Of a DNA stretch of 64,000 nt, positions 29,061 through 39,800 are shown piece by piece. Source of the stretch: an uncultured Chloroflexia bacterium (GTDB taxonomy: Bacteria; Chloroflexota; Anaerolineae; Anaerolineales; E44-bin32). Within the stretch, counting starts at the first letter, position 1; each line of letters starts with the position of its first letter. The DNA lies in NCBI GenBank assembly GCA_963743255.1, contig CAVUPD010000001.1, positions 122,854 through 186,853 on the forward strand. Reading direction: 5' to 3'. The notes beneath the pieces are model-generated. The model saw only the letters and a program-made list of their open reading frames with translations. It was not told the DNA's origin and ran no database searches. Made by a program: the position numbers and the translations under genes.

Positions 29061-30822
29061 TCAGCCATCGCCGGCTGTAGTGCCTTCTGCGTTCCCAAGC
29101 GTCCGTTCCGTGGGGTGGGGACGCACGACTCGCTGCCCTGTCGGAGCATGCCCGGACTTCCCGATCAACTCGGGCGAGAGTCCAGGGGGAAACCCATACA
29201 TCTCAAGCAGGGGAGGGTCAGGCGGGCCCGGACGGACGACCGGGTAGATCCGCGCTGTCTCGCAGGCATGGGCCACACGCAGGAGGGCCGACTCATCAAA
29301 GTGCCGACCGACCAACATCATGCCCACAGGCAGGCCGTCGGAAAGCGCACACGGGACCGAAAGCGCGGGATGCCCGGTGACATTGAACGCTGCGGTGTTC
29401 GGGGTCATTTCCAGGTTGCGAGGAAAACTCTCCACCCACGATGTCTTTGCGTCAGGGAGGGCCGTGGCCTTCATCGGGGTGGTGGGCAGGAGCAGCACGT
29501 CGACCGTTGTCAGGGCCTCGTCGTAGGCCTGTCTGAGATGCAGCGCCAGATTCTGGGCCCTGGCGTAATAGCGGCCATCATAGCGGCGCAGCATCGCCTC
29601 CCCCAGGAGGATCTGAAACTTGATGGTCTCTGACAGGAGGTGGGGCTTGTCCCGGAATCCGCGGGCATAGGCATCGAGCAAGCTGAGTGGGTAGTATCCT
29701 TTCCAGTTGGTGCCTGTCCCCCGGCCCCGGAACATTTGGGCGGTCCGCCCCTCCACCGCAACGACACGCCAGATGTGACGCGCCTGACGGTGGAGGGGAA
29801 TGGAGATGCTCTTTACCTCCGCCCCGAGGTGAGCCAGGCGAGCAGCAGCCGCGCGCACCGCGGCATCTACATCGTCCTCCGAGGCGGATGGCCAGGCGAA
29901 ACCTTCCTCGAGCACCCCGACCCGCACGCCCTTCACCTCGCCCGTCAAGGCGCGGCTGTAGGCTTCGGGGATGCAGTGGGGCTGCCGGGGGTCCAGATCG
30001 TCTTCTCCGGCCACAGCTTCCAGCAGAAGGGCCAGGTCGATGGTCGTGTCGGCGATCAGGCCGACATGGTCCTGGGTCAGCTCGGCCGACGAAATCCCTG
30101 TGTACGGAACAAGGCCATACGTCGGCTTGAGGCCATACACGCCACACCATGCGCTGGGAATGCGGATCGAGCCACCCTGGTCTGCTCCCAAGGCCAGCTC
30201 GGCTTCACCGGAGGCAACCAGGGCGGCGGGGCCGCTGGTGGACCCCCCCGCAGAGCGACTGAGGGTCATGAGGATTGCGCACGGGGCCTGTATCCGAGGT
30301 GAAGCTGCTGCCGCCGGAGGAGAGATGCTCACAGACTCCTTTGCCCACGATTTCCGCTCCGGCGTCCAGCACACGGGTCACAATGGTGGCATCGACATCC
30401 GGCACGTAGCCTTCGATCACCCGAGAGCCGTTCATCATCGGTACACCGGCTACGCAGATGTTGTCCTTGACCACTACCCGCTTACCCCGCAGCGGGCCAT
30501 CCGCCTTCCCCTTGATGGAACATCTCCAGTACCAGGCGTTGAGGGGGTTCTCCTCCGGTCTCGGCGGCCTCACGTCCTCCCGCGGGTAGCGTACCGGAAG
30601 CGTTGGCTGGTCCGCCGCGGCCACCGCCTCAAAGGAGGCCAGGGGAGCTTGCATCAGGTCCCGGTAGGCTTGCAGGTCTGAGTCGTTCACATCCAGACCC
30701 AGCTCGTCGGACAGAGTGCGCAGGAATTCAAGGGAGGGGAGCTCTGGTCTCCCGATTGCCTTATCAGCCGCAGGCGAATTTGCCTGGGGCAGCTGTTGAA
30801 GCGAAAGGGAACCCTTCCTCAT
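29061..30822 (-). CDS. amidase-signature family hydrolase, one apparent frameshift near 30255; C-terminal end uncertain
   Basis: The N-terminus lies in ORF 30205..31071 (ATG 30822-20: MRKGSLSL...LRGKRVVVKDNICVAGVPMMNGS). The signature GGSTSGPAALVASGEAELALGADQGGSIRIPSAWCG lies in ORF 29061..30374. The last ~60 codons look non-coding-like. Confidence 0.8.
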
Positions 30823-31819
30823 CTTGACTCCGCGACGGTCTGAATGTGTCCGTTCAGTCACCCGTCGATGAAGATCTCGGACGTGGTGCGAAGAGCCAAT
30901 CGCACCAGGATCTGGGGAGAGTGTCTCTGCGCCCCTCCCAAGCTTCCCTATCGCCACCGCCCTCGACGTCGGGGAGGCGGGCGTCCGGATCACGGTGCAA
31001 TTCGATCCGATTGTCTTGGAGTGTGCCCTGCGCGTGCTCCGATGCGCCCCAGGCCGTGTGTCGCCGCCCACGGGTGTCTGTGTTTCATGAAGGGTGCGTC
31101 CTGGAACAACCGTGCGGCCTGATGCCTCACCCGTGCGCCGTGCACATGACGATCGACTGCCTCGACGAGTCCAAGGGACGATCCCTTGTCCCTTCGAACA
31201 TGCGTCAAGGTAGAAAGCACTTCGCGATCAGGCCGATGGACGTGAACCAAGGCGAATCCTAGCACACTCGGTCCTTGTTGCCTGATATCGGCCATTGAAC
31301 AGGTTGTCGCCAGGCCGTCCTAGGGGACTGTCCGAACCAAGCGCGGCACCTCATGTGGCATGTTCGTCAGTCATTTCACTCGGCGTGGTTTCAAGACCGG
31401 TCGTATCTCGACAAACCGTCTCCACGTCGGGCTCCCACTCCATGGTCAAGCCCGCGTGAGAAGGGGAATGGCCAGGGATCGCATACCTATTTCGATTGGC
31501 CGGACCAGTGCCTCACCTTGATTCGTCAAGCCAGAATGAATATACTTGACTATCCCTAAGGCCTCCTTTCAGTGGGAACCCAGCTCGTGCGATTGGAACC
31601 CCCGGGACCAGTTGCGCGCGAAGAATTCACGTCAAGCGGCCGCGCTTTCGAACCGTTGCTCCGGGGCGCGACCCGATGGACTTGAACCCGTGGCCCGCCG
31701 CGACCCCAGGGCCTTGAACCGGCGAGAAACGGGACGGCGAGGCCCGGCCTGTGAGTACGGCCCAGGTGACCTTGGGTGCCCGGCATCGAACCGGTCGGCT
31801 GATGAACTTGGGGGTGTAC

Positions 31820-31828
31820 TGCTATAGA
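31820..31828 (+). promoter_or_regulatory. candidate extended -10 promoter TGCTATAGA upstream of the fdrA-like operon
   Basis: This is the only TGnTAnnnn match near the operon start. It lies ~100 nt before ATG 31932, which has the RBS GGAGAG. Confidence 0.3.
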
Positions 31829-31931
31829 AGGAAAGCCCCCCGCACCTGGCCGAGGAAGGGGGAGGGTATCCTGTCCGCATCCCACAGGCCTGGACCGATC
31901 GGCATCCCGAGTCCAGCAGAGGAGAGGCCCG

Positions 31932-33664
31932 ATGGCAGTCCTCAAGGCTGAAGTTCGTTCGGGCGCCTATTACGATTCAATCGTCCTCATGCAGCTGCAG
32001 CGGGCCTTGACGGAACAGCCCGGCATCCTCGACGCCGGGGTCGTCATGGGCACCGACGCCAACAAGGAAGTCCTGGCGCAGAGCGACCTGCTGGTCGCCG
32101 AAGCCGAGGCCGCCGGCAATGACGACCTGATCATCGTCGTGCGCGGCACGGATGACGACCCTGGCTCAAGCGGCGCTGGCAAAGGTGGATGAGCTCGTGG
32201 CCGCGCGCCGAGGTCGGACCGGCGACCAGGAGTACCACCCGCGCAGCCTTGAGACCGCGGCCAAGATGCTGCCCGAGGCCCAGTGGGTCCTGGTTTCCGT
32301 TCCGGGGCGCTACGCCGCCGGGGTGTCGCGAGACGCCTTGCGCCTGAACAAGCACGTCTTCCTCTACAGTGACAACGTCTCCCTCGAAGATGAGGTCGCG
32401 CTCAAACAGGAGGCGGCCCAGAAGGGGCTCCTGGTCATGGGGCCGGATTGCGGCACGGCGATCGTGAACGGCATCGGCCTGGGGTTTGCCAACAAGGTCC
32501 GCAAGGGCCCCATCGGAGTTGTGGCGGCGTCCGGCACCGGCCTGCAGCAGGTCACCGTGCGGATCCACCAGATGGGAGGCGGCATCACGCATGCCCTGGG
32601 TACCGGGGGGCGCGATCTTTCGGAGGCGGTCAACGCCGTCACCGCCCGCCAGGGCCTCGACTTGATGGCTCGCGACCCGGATGCCAGGGTGATCGTCCTG
32701 GTGTCGAAGCCGCCGTCACCCAAGATCGCCGACACTCTGATCCAGGCGGCGCGTTCGGTCGGTAAGCCCGTGGTGGTCAACTTCATCGGCTATGCCAGCG
32801 CCTCGCGCCGAGTGGACAATGTCCTCTTTGCCACTACCTTCGATGAGACCGCCGAGCTGGCCATCCGGCTGATCGACTCGCCCGAAGACTTCGCCGCGCA
32901 GCCGGATGTGTCCAAGTTCGCGCCCGGCCAGCGCTACCTGCGAGGCCTGTTCTCGGGCGGTACGCTGCAGTACGAGGCCTTGTTGATCCTGCAGGACTAC
33001 GTTCCCGTCGTCTACTCGAACGCCCCGCTGGACAAGAAGAACAAGCTCGAGGACTCGCTGGTCAGCAAGGCGTCACACGGTCATCGACCTGGGCGAGGAC
33101 GAATTCACGGTCGGCCGGCTGCATCCGATGCTGGACAACGATCTGCGCATCCGGCGTCTCGAGAAGGAAGCCGCGGATCTGGAAGTGGCCGTCATTCTGT
33201 TGGACGTCGTTCTGGGTTACGGCGCCCATGCCGACCCGGCCAGTGAGCTGGCTCCGGCGATCGCCGCCGCTATCAAGACTGCCCAAGAGGCCGGCAGACA
33301 GTTGGAGGTGGTGGCGATCGTCTGCGGCACCGATGGTGACCCGCAGGGAATCGAGACCCAGATCAAGCAGCTGCGGGATGCCGGCGCCAAGACCGAGATC
33401 AGCAATGATGCCGCCGCTCGTTATGTGGGTCGATTGCTGCAGGCGATCGAGCGCGCCTCCCAGCCCGGCACCGGTCCGACGATGAAGCCGGTTGATCTGC
33501 TGGCGCTGAAGAACCCCCTGGCAGGGATCAACGTCGGACTGGAATCCTTTGCCGAGAGCCTCAGAGACCAGGGCGCTCAGGCTGTTCACGTGGACTGGAA
33601 ACCCGTTGCCGGAAGCAGTGAACGGTTGGTGAGTATCCTGGAGCGGATGAGACAGGCCAAGTAG
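31932..33664 (+). CDS. fdrA: FdrA-like protein (succinyl-CoA-synthetase-alpha-like CoA-binding/ligase fold), two apparent frameshifts (near 32155 and 33070)
   Basis: MAVLKAEVRSGAYYDSIVLMQLQ..., then LVMGPDCGTAIVNGIGLGFAN...GVVAASGTGLQQV...HALGTGGRD, then HTVIDLGEDEFTVGRLHPMLD. The pieces lie in ORFs 31932..32192, 32152..33246 and 33128..33664. Confidence 0.82.
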
Positions 33665-33932
33665 GTCTTGGGTCGATCGTCTTGAGGGCCGTGGCCCCAC
33701 CGGCGTGGAGGTTCATCTCCTCGGATGTCACACCTCATCAGGGCCGCTCAAGCGATGAACGGCTTGTCGCCGGTGCGGGGTTCCCGATTCGGTCGATCCA
33801 CGCGTGTGCCGCTCCAACCCGGCACTCTCGTCCAGCGTGTAGTCCCGGCCCTGCGCCCGTGGAAGATCGGTCTTTCTTGAGTCTGCACACGGGATGGGCG
33901 TAAGGTCCCCCGCCAACGATCTGGAGGTGCCC

Positions 33933-35175
33933 GTGGATATCGACAAAGCGAACACCGAAGTCACCCAGCGCATGATGGACGCCCGGCCGATCGCCACCAC
34001 GATGGCCAAGGCGATCGAAGTCGTGCCCGGCCTGCACGAGAACATGCTCTTGCATGCGGGTCCACCGGTGACCTGGGAGCGCATGGCCGGACCGATGCGC
34101 GGCGCCATGATGGGCGCGTTGATCTTCGAGGGCAAGGCCAAGAACGGCGACGACGCCGAGAAGATGCTCAAGTCAGGCAAGATCGAGTTCTCGCCCTGCC
34201 ATGAGCACATGTGCGTCGGCCCCATGGCCGGCGTGATCTCGCCTTCCATGCTGGTCTATGTCGTTGAGAATGCAGACCCACAAGATCAAGTGCTTCTCCA
34301 ATCTCAATGAAGGCCGCGGCAAGGTCCTGCGCATGGGCGCCTACAGCCCGGAGGTCCTGGAGAAGCTGCGCTGGATGGAGTCCAGCCTCGGCCCGACGAT
34401 CAAGGCCGCCCTGGAAGCCATCGGCGGCATCGATGTCCGCGCCATCCTTTCCAAGGCGCTTCACATGGGCGATGACGGGCACAACCGCCTGGACGCCGCC
34501 TCGGTCCTGTGGACTACCCAACTGGCCCCGTACATCGCCAAGACCGCCAAGGACAGCGCCACGGCGTTCGAAGTCATCAAGTTCCTGGGCGAGAACGCCT
34601 TGAGCATTCTCAATCCCGTCATGGCCGGCTGCAAGTCCATGACCGCCGCCGGTCACAACGTGGAAGGCAGCACCATCGTCACCATCATGGCACGCAACGG
34701 CACCGATTTCGGCATCAAGGTCAGCGGCCTGGGCGACCAATGGTTCACGGCGCAGTCCCCGATCGTCAAGGCGCTGTACTTCCCCGGCTTCACCGAGGCC
34801 GACGCCTGCCGCGATATCGGCGACAGCGTCATCACCGAAACGGCCGGCATCGGCGGCTTTGCCATGGCGACCGCCCCGGCCCTGGTCACGTTCATCGGCG
34901 GCGTGCCCAGGGACGCCATCAATACCACGCTCGACATGTACGAGATCACCTACGCCGAACACAAGCAGTTCTCCATCCCCTACCTTGACTTCCGCGGCAC
35001 CCCGACCGGAATCGATATCCGCAAGGTGGTCGAAAAGCAGATCGCCCCGCGGGTGAACACGGGCGTCGCCCACAAGGATCCGGGCGTTGGACAGGTCGGG
35101 GCGGGCGTCGTTTCCGCCCCCATGAGCGTGTTCGAAGACGCGCTGGTTGCCTTCGCGGATCGCTACGGCTTCTAG
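33933..35175 (+). CDS. DUF1116 (YlbE-like) protein, one apparent frameshift near 34275
   Basis: RBS GGAGG plus GTG 33933 (alternative ATG 33894). Sequence: DIDKANTEVTQRMM...LLHAGPPVTWERMAGPMRGA...CHEHMCVGPMAGVISPSM, then NLNEGRGKVLRMGAY...GDSVITETAGIGGFAMATAPA. The pieces lie in ORFs 33894..34310 and 34258..35175. Confidence 0.8.
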
Positions 35176-35203
35176 ACCTATCCTCAACCTGACGGAGGCG
35201 AGC

Positions 35204-36879
35204 ATGGACCGCGAGAGCTTCATCACGATGATGACGCCAGGCCAAGCTGCACGACCTGACTCAAGCCTGCAGCGTGTTCACTCCCCCCTGGCCCGGGGAG
35301 AAATCGCTGGAAGTGCATTTCTTCAAGCGCGTCACCGGCGCGTACGGCGGCGGGCAGGGCGCCAACGGTCAGATCCTGAACTGGAGCAATACGGTCGGCA
35401 CGCACCTGGTGGGAGAACGGGCATTTCACTCCGGCGGCCGCGCCATCGCCGACATTCCGCTGAAGGACCTGTGCGGTCCCGGCGTGATCGTCGACCTTTC
35501 GGACATGGTCTCGGATTACAGCATCATCACCCCGGAGATGATCACCAAGAAAGCCGAGGTCAAGAAGGGCGACATTCTGATCATCAACACCGGGTATCAC
35601 AAGTACTCCTGGGACCAGCCGCAGGTGAATAACCCGCAAGGCGCAGGGCGGCGTGGAATCCATGGAGTTCGGGTTTCTCGTGCGCCATCCGGGCCCTTCC
35701 ATGGCCTTCTACAAGTGGGCCCTGGACATGAAGCTCAAAGTCGTCGGCGTGGATTGCGGCGCCGCCGAACATCCCATGAACACCCCGATCCGCCGGATGC
35801 ACGAAAATCACTTCAAGCTGGCCGAGGAGAAGCTGAAGAAGGAAACCGGCAAGACCTGGGACGAGACCTTCCCGCAGGGCGAGTACTACGAGCTCACCCA
35901 CCTCACCATGCCGAAGCAGCATCTCGTGCTGGCCGAGTGCATCGTGGGCGAGATCGACCAGCTGAAGAACAAGCGCGCCTGGATCCAGATCATGCCGATT
36001 CCCTTCGTGGAAGTGGAGACCGCCTGGGCGCGCGTCTCTGCCCTGACCGCGCCGGCTGGAATGAGCGATGACGCGTTCATGGCCGCGATGCAGAACTCGG
36101 AAATGATCGACATGACCGTGCCCTTCAGCGTGCAGACCCCGCAATGGCTCAACTACGTTCCGTTGAGCGTCACCTACACCAAACGCGTGGGCGGACAGTA
36201 CTTCGGCATGGGACGCAACGGCTCCATCTGCAATGCCAGCATCCACCTCGGCACGCACATGGACGGCGAGAAGCACTTCTATCCCAACGGACGAACGATC
36301 GGACAGGTGCCGCTGTCGGAATGGGTCGGCCCCGGCGTCATCGCCGATATCTCGCAGCTGGTCAGCGATTCCAGCGTGTACACCCCCAAGATGATTGAAG
36401 GCGTGGTCGACATCCACAAGGGCGACATCCTGGTCATCAAGACGGGGTGGAACAAGTTCGGCTGGTGCAGCAAGGATTCGGATGAGTTCCGCTACATGGT
36501 CAAACACCCGGGGCCCTCGGCTGACTTTTCGAAGTGGGCGGCCGACCTGGGACTCAAGTGGATCGGCGTGGACGCCGTATCCGCCGACCACCCCATGAAC
36601 ACCATCATGCGCCTGTGGCATCCCAAGACCTTCGCCGAGGCCAACGCCAAGCTGATCAAGGACTTCGGCAAGGATTGGGATCAGATGTACCCGCTGGAAG
36701 GCTTCTACCAGGACATGCACCTCAATCTGTTCCCCAAGAAGATCGTGCACGCCGAGAACCTGGCGGGGGATATCGCCACGGCACAGAGCGGACGTTATTA
36801 CATCGGCTGCTACCCGCAGAAAGCCATGGAAGCGGAATCGATGTGGGGCCGCTTTGTGGCCTTCAAAGAGGGAAAGTGA
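35204..36879 (+). CDS. tandem (two-domain) cyclase/kynurenine-formamidase-fold protein; N-terminal copy has degenerate metal motif; two apparent frameshifts (near 35243 and 35640)
   Basis: RBS GGAGG plus ATG 35204. Domain A carries KLHDLTQACSVFTPPWPGE...SNTVGTHLVGERAFH...VGVDCGAAEHPMNT. Domain B carries MIDMTVPFSVQTPQW...ASIHLGTHMDGEKHFY...IGVDAVSADHPMNT. No stop separates the two domains in ORF 35653..36879. Confidence 0.75.
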
Positions 36880-36928
36880 GGAACCAGGCCGAGAGCCAGA
36901 GGCGAGGACCCGCTGGTATGTGTCGGCG

Positions 36929-37792
36929 ATGATTCTGGTCACCGGTGCAGCCGGCAAGACAGGTCGGGCGGTGTTGCGCGCGCTGTCTGGCCGAGGGGAG
37001 CCTGTCCGGGCGCTGATCCACCGCGCCGACCAGGCGACTTCTCTGAAGGCGCTCGGCGTCCAGGAGACGCTGGTCGCAGACCTGCTCGACCAGGCTGCCA
37101 TGCGACGGGCCGTGGACGGGGTGCGGGCGATCTATCACATGGCGCCCAATGTCAGCCCGGACGAGCTTCCCATGGGCAAGGCTGTCATCGCCGCCGCGCA
37201 ATCCGTAGATGTGGAGCACCTGGTGTTCCACTCGGTGCTGCATCCGCACATCGAGGCCATGCCGCATCACTGGCAGAAAGCGCGTGTCGAGGAGCTGCTC
37301 TTCGCTTCCGGCGTGCCCTTCACCATCCTGCAGCCGACCGCCTATATGCAGAATGTCGCTGCGGCCTGGGATCAGATTCTGTCGCAGGGCAGGTATCCGG
37401 TGCCGTACTCGCCCGAGACGCGCCTGAGCCTGGTCGACCTCGAAGACGTGGCCCAGGCGGCGGCCCGGGTGCTCACCGAACCCGGGTACACCGGCGCTAC
37501 GATCGAGTTGGTCGGCACGCCGGGCATGTCCCCACGCGACATCGTGGAGGTATTGAGCGCCGAGCTGGACCGCCCCGTGGCCGTCGAGGTAGTACCTCTG
37601 GGATTGTGGGCAGAAAGGGCCCGGGCCTCGGGCCTGGGGGAGTATCAGGTATCGGCGCTGACCGGGATGTTCGCTTACTATGAAGAACACGGACTCACCG
37701 GCAGCCCGCAGGCTTTGACTGGTGTCCTCGGGCGGCAGCCCACTTCCTTCTCGGCGTTTGTCCGGCAGGTCATCCAGGAGCACACACTGTGA
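36929..37792 (+). CDS. NmrA-like/SDR-family NAD(P)-binding protein
   Basis: MILVTGAAGKTGRAVLRAL is a Rossmann GxxGxxG motif. The overall pattern is NmrA-like (HFVFHSVL, TILQPTAYMQN). Confidence 0.8.
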   Translation: MILVTGAAGKTGRAVLRALSGRGEPVRALIHRADQATSLKALGVQETLVADLLDQAAMRRAVDGVRAIYHMAPNVSPDELPMGKAVIAAAQSVDVEHLVFHSVLHPHIEAMPHHWQKARVEELLFASGVPFTILQPTAYMQNVAAAWDQILSQGRYPVPYSPETRLSLVDLEDVAQAAARVLTEPGYTGATIELVGTPGMSPRDIVEVLSAELDRPVAVEVVPLGLWAERARASGLGEYQVSALTGMFAYYEEHGLTGSPQALTGVLGRQPTSFSAFVRQVIQEHTL

Positions 37793-38355
37793 CCACCGAG
37801 TTGGCCAACTACCTGGAACGACTAGAGGACCTGCACGGCCAGATCACGGGCATGGTCGCCGGCTTATCTGCGGAAGCCCTCAACTGGCGGCCGCTCCCAG
37901 GGTCGGGCGACCACGCCACCAATTCCCTGGCGGCTCTGGCCGCCCACGCCGCCGGAGCCGAGCATTTCTGGATTGCGGAAGTAGTCGGCGGCCGTCCGGC
38001 GACCCGCGACCGGGAGGCGGAACTGGCCACGCAGGCCGCCTCTTCGGCGGAGGCTGTCCAGCTGCTGGAGAACACGGCGCTGGAGACCAGGGAGATCTTC
38101 CTGACGCTGAAGGATCCTGACCTGGAGGCCACGCGTCAGACCGCAGGCCGTACGGTCCCCGTGCGTTGGTGCCTGTTGCATGTGATCGACCACACCTCCC
38201 TTCACCTGGGGCACATGCAGATCACCTTCCAATTGTGGGCGGGCGGGCAGAGCATGCCGTCGCCGCATTGGTATGACCGTCTGCCTCACCGACCAGAGAA
38301 CGAGCAGAGATCCACGCAAGGTTTGGCCGATGGCCCAGGAGATGAAAGTCTATGA
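37789..38355 (+). CDS. DinB-family (four-helix-bundle metalloprotein) protein
   Basis: GTGA overlap with the upstream gene. LERLEDLHGQI...LNWRP...NSLAALAAHAAGAEHFW...IDHTSLHLGHM is the His-triad pattern of the DinB_2 type. Confidence 0.7.
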   Translation: MTTELANYLERLEDLHGQITGMVAGLSAEALNWRPLPGSGDHATNSLAALAAHAAGAEHFWIAEVVGGRPATRDREAELATQAASSAEAVQLLENTALETREIFLTLKDPDLEATRQTAGRTVPVRWCLLHVIDHTSLHLGHMQITFQLWAGGQSMPSPHWYDRLPHRPENEQRSTQGLADGPGDESL

Positions 38356-39233
38356 AGCCAGCCCCCTTCGATTACTACGCGCCCACAACGGTCGAGCAAG
38401 CCCTGGCTCTCCTGGCCGAGCACGGCTACGAGGCCAAGGTCCTGGCGGGCGGGCAGAGCCTGGTCCCGATGATGAACTTCCGCCTGGTCCAGCCTTCAGT
38501 ACTGGTGGACCTGAACTCCATCCCGGACCTGGCGTTCATTCAACCCAACGAGGATGGCGGTCTGCGCATCGGCGCGCTGACGCGACACTATCAGGTCGAG
38601 ATGGATCCTCTGGTTGCAGCACGGATGCCCCTGCTCCACGAAGCCGTGCCCAGGATCGGCTATCCCCAAATCCGCCGGCGCGGCACGATGGGCGGCAGCT
38701 TGTGCCACGCGGATCCGTCGGCTGAGCTCGTGGCCGTGAGCGTTGCCCTGAACGGGCGCTTCCGACTTCGCAGCCCCAAGGCCGAACGTTGGGTCGTGGC
38801 GCAGGACTTCTTCATCGGGCTGTTCACCACGGTCCTCGAGCCCGATGAGCTGATGGTCGAGGTGGCCCTGCCACCCCTGCCGGCGCGAACCGGAACGTCC
38901 TTCATGGAGGTTGCCCGCCGGCGTCACGATTTCGGTCTGGTCGGGGTCGCGGCGATCGTATCCCTGGACGGAAAGGGAGTCATCCGGCAGGCGCGGATGG
39001 TGTTTCTGAGCGCCGGCGACCGGCCGATGCAGGCCCATCGGGCGGCGGAGGCACTAACGGGACAGCTACCGACGCCGGAAGCGATCCGGGCTGCGGCGGA
39101 ACTCGCCGCCACGGACGAGATCGATCCCTGCAGCGACATTCACGCCACGGCCGAGTTCCGCCGACATCTGGCAAAGGTTCTGGCTCGGCGCGCCTTGGAT
39201 CAAGCTTGCCGGCGCGCGGCGGGGAAGGAATAG
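38352..39233 (+). CDS. molybdenum hydroxylase FAD-binding (medium, CoxM-like) subunit, set 1
   Basis: ATGA overlap with the upstream gene. FDYYAPTTVEQALALL...KVLAGGQSLVPMMNFRL...RRGTMGGSLCHADP, with a CO_deh_flav_C-like C-terminus. Confidence 0.88.
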   Translation: MKPAPFDYYAPTTVEQALALLAEHGYEAKVLAGGQSLVPMMNFRLVQPSVLVDLNSIPDLAFIQPNEDGGLRIGALTRHYQVEMDPLVAARMPLLHEAVPRIGYPQIRRRGTMGGSLCHADPSAELVAVSVALNGRFRLRSPKAERWVVAQDFFIGLFTTVLEPDELMVEVALPPLPARTGTSFMEVARRRHDFGLVGVAAIVSLDGKGVIRQARMVFLSAGDRPMQAHRAAEALTGQLPTPEAIRAAAELAATDEIDPCSDIHATAEFRRHLAKVLARRALDQACRRAAGKE

Positions 39234-39234
39234 C

Positions 39235-39754
39235 ATGGAAACCACGGAGCCCACCATGCACAAGCTCTTCGATCTGGCACTGACGGTCAACGGCACACGC
39301 TATGAACAGGCGGTCGAGCCGAGACTGCTGCTGAGCGATTTCCTGCGTCACGATCTCGGCCTGACCGGCACGCATGTGGCCTGCGAGCACGGCGTGTGCG
39401 GTGCCTGCACCGTCCTGCTCGACGATGAGCCCATCCGCTCCTGTCTGGTCTTTGCCGTTCAAGCGCACGGTCACAGCGTCACCACGGTCGAAGGTCTGGG
39501 CGACATCGACCAGCTGCACCCGGTCCAGGAGGCCTTTCGGCAGGCGCACGGCGTGCAGTGCGGGTTCTGTACGCCGGGGATCCTGACCACGGTGGTGGCC
39601 TTCCTGGCCGAGAACTCCCGACCCGAGCGAGGAAGAGATCCGCGAGGCGCTTTCCGGAAACCTGTGCCGCTGCACTGGCTACCAGCACATCGTCGACGCC
39701 GTCCGGCTGGCCGCCCAGAACATGAAAGCCGCACACCATCAGCCCGCCCGATGA
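39235..39754 (+). CDS. molybdenum hydroxylase [2Fe-2S] small (CoxS-like) subunit, set 1; one apparent frameshift near 39615
   Basis: [11 protein letters not shown] and CGFCTPG are the cluster motifs. The C-terminal [25 protein letters not shown] is recovered in another frame and ends at TGA 39752-54. Confidence 0.85.
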
Positions 39755-39800
39755 TGGACACGCCTTCCCTCCGTCACGGGGTGACCCCAGGAGCAGTTCA

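Noticed and set aside
31640-31800. tRNA-like T-arm strings (GGACTTGAACCCGTGG, the reverse complement of GGGTTCAAGTCC)
   Set aside because: The flanking bases do not form a T stem (only 2 bp pair). No acceptor, anticodon or D arms can be drawn. It is not a tRNA or an obvious tRNA remnant.
33665-33932. Possible missing third subunit (DUF2877-like) between the FdrA-like and DUF1116 genes
   Set aside because: The gap is only ~265 bp and has no ORF of adequate length in any frame.
35584-37101. 505-aa minus-strand ORF, and similar long antisense ORFs at 3035..4285, 40372..41958, 47901..48983 and 49495..51072
   Set aside because: All are antisense to genes with clear family motifs (cyclase, NBR1-like, Mo-hydroxylase subunits). 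They are shadow ORFs.
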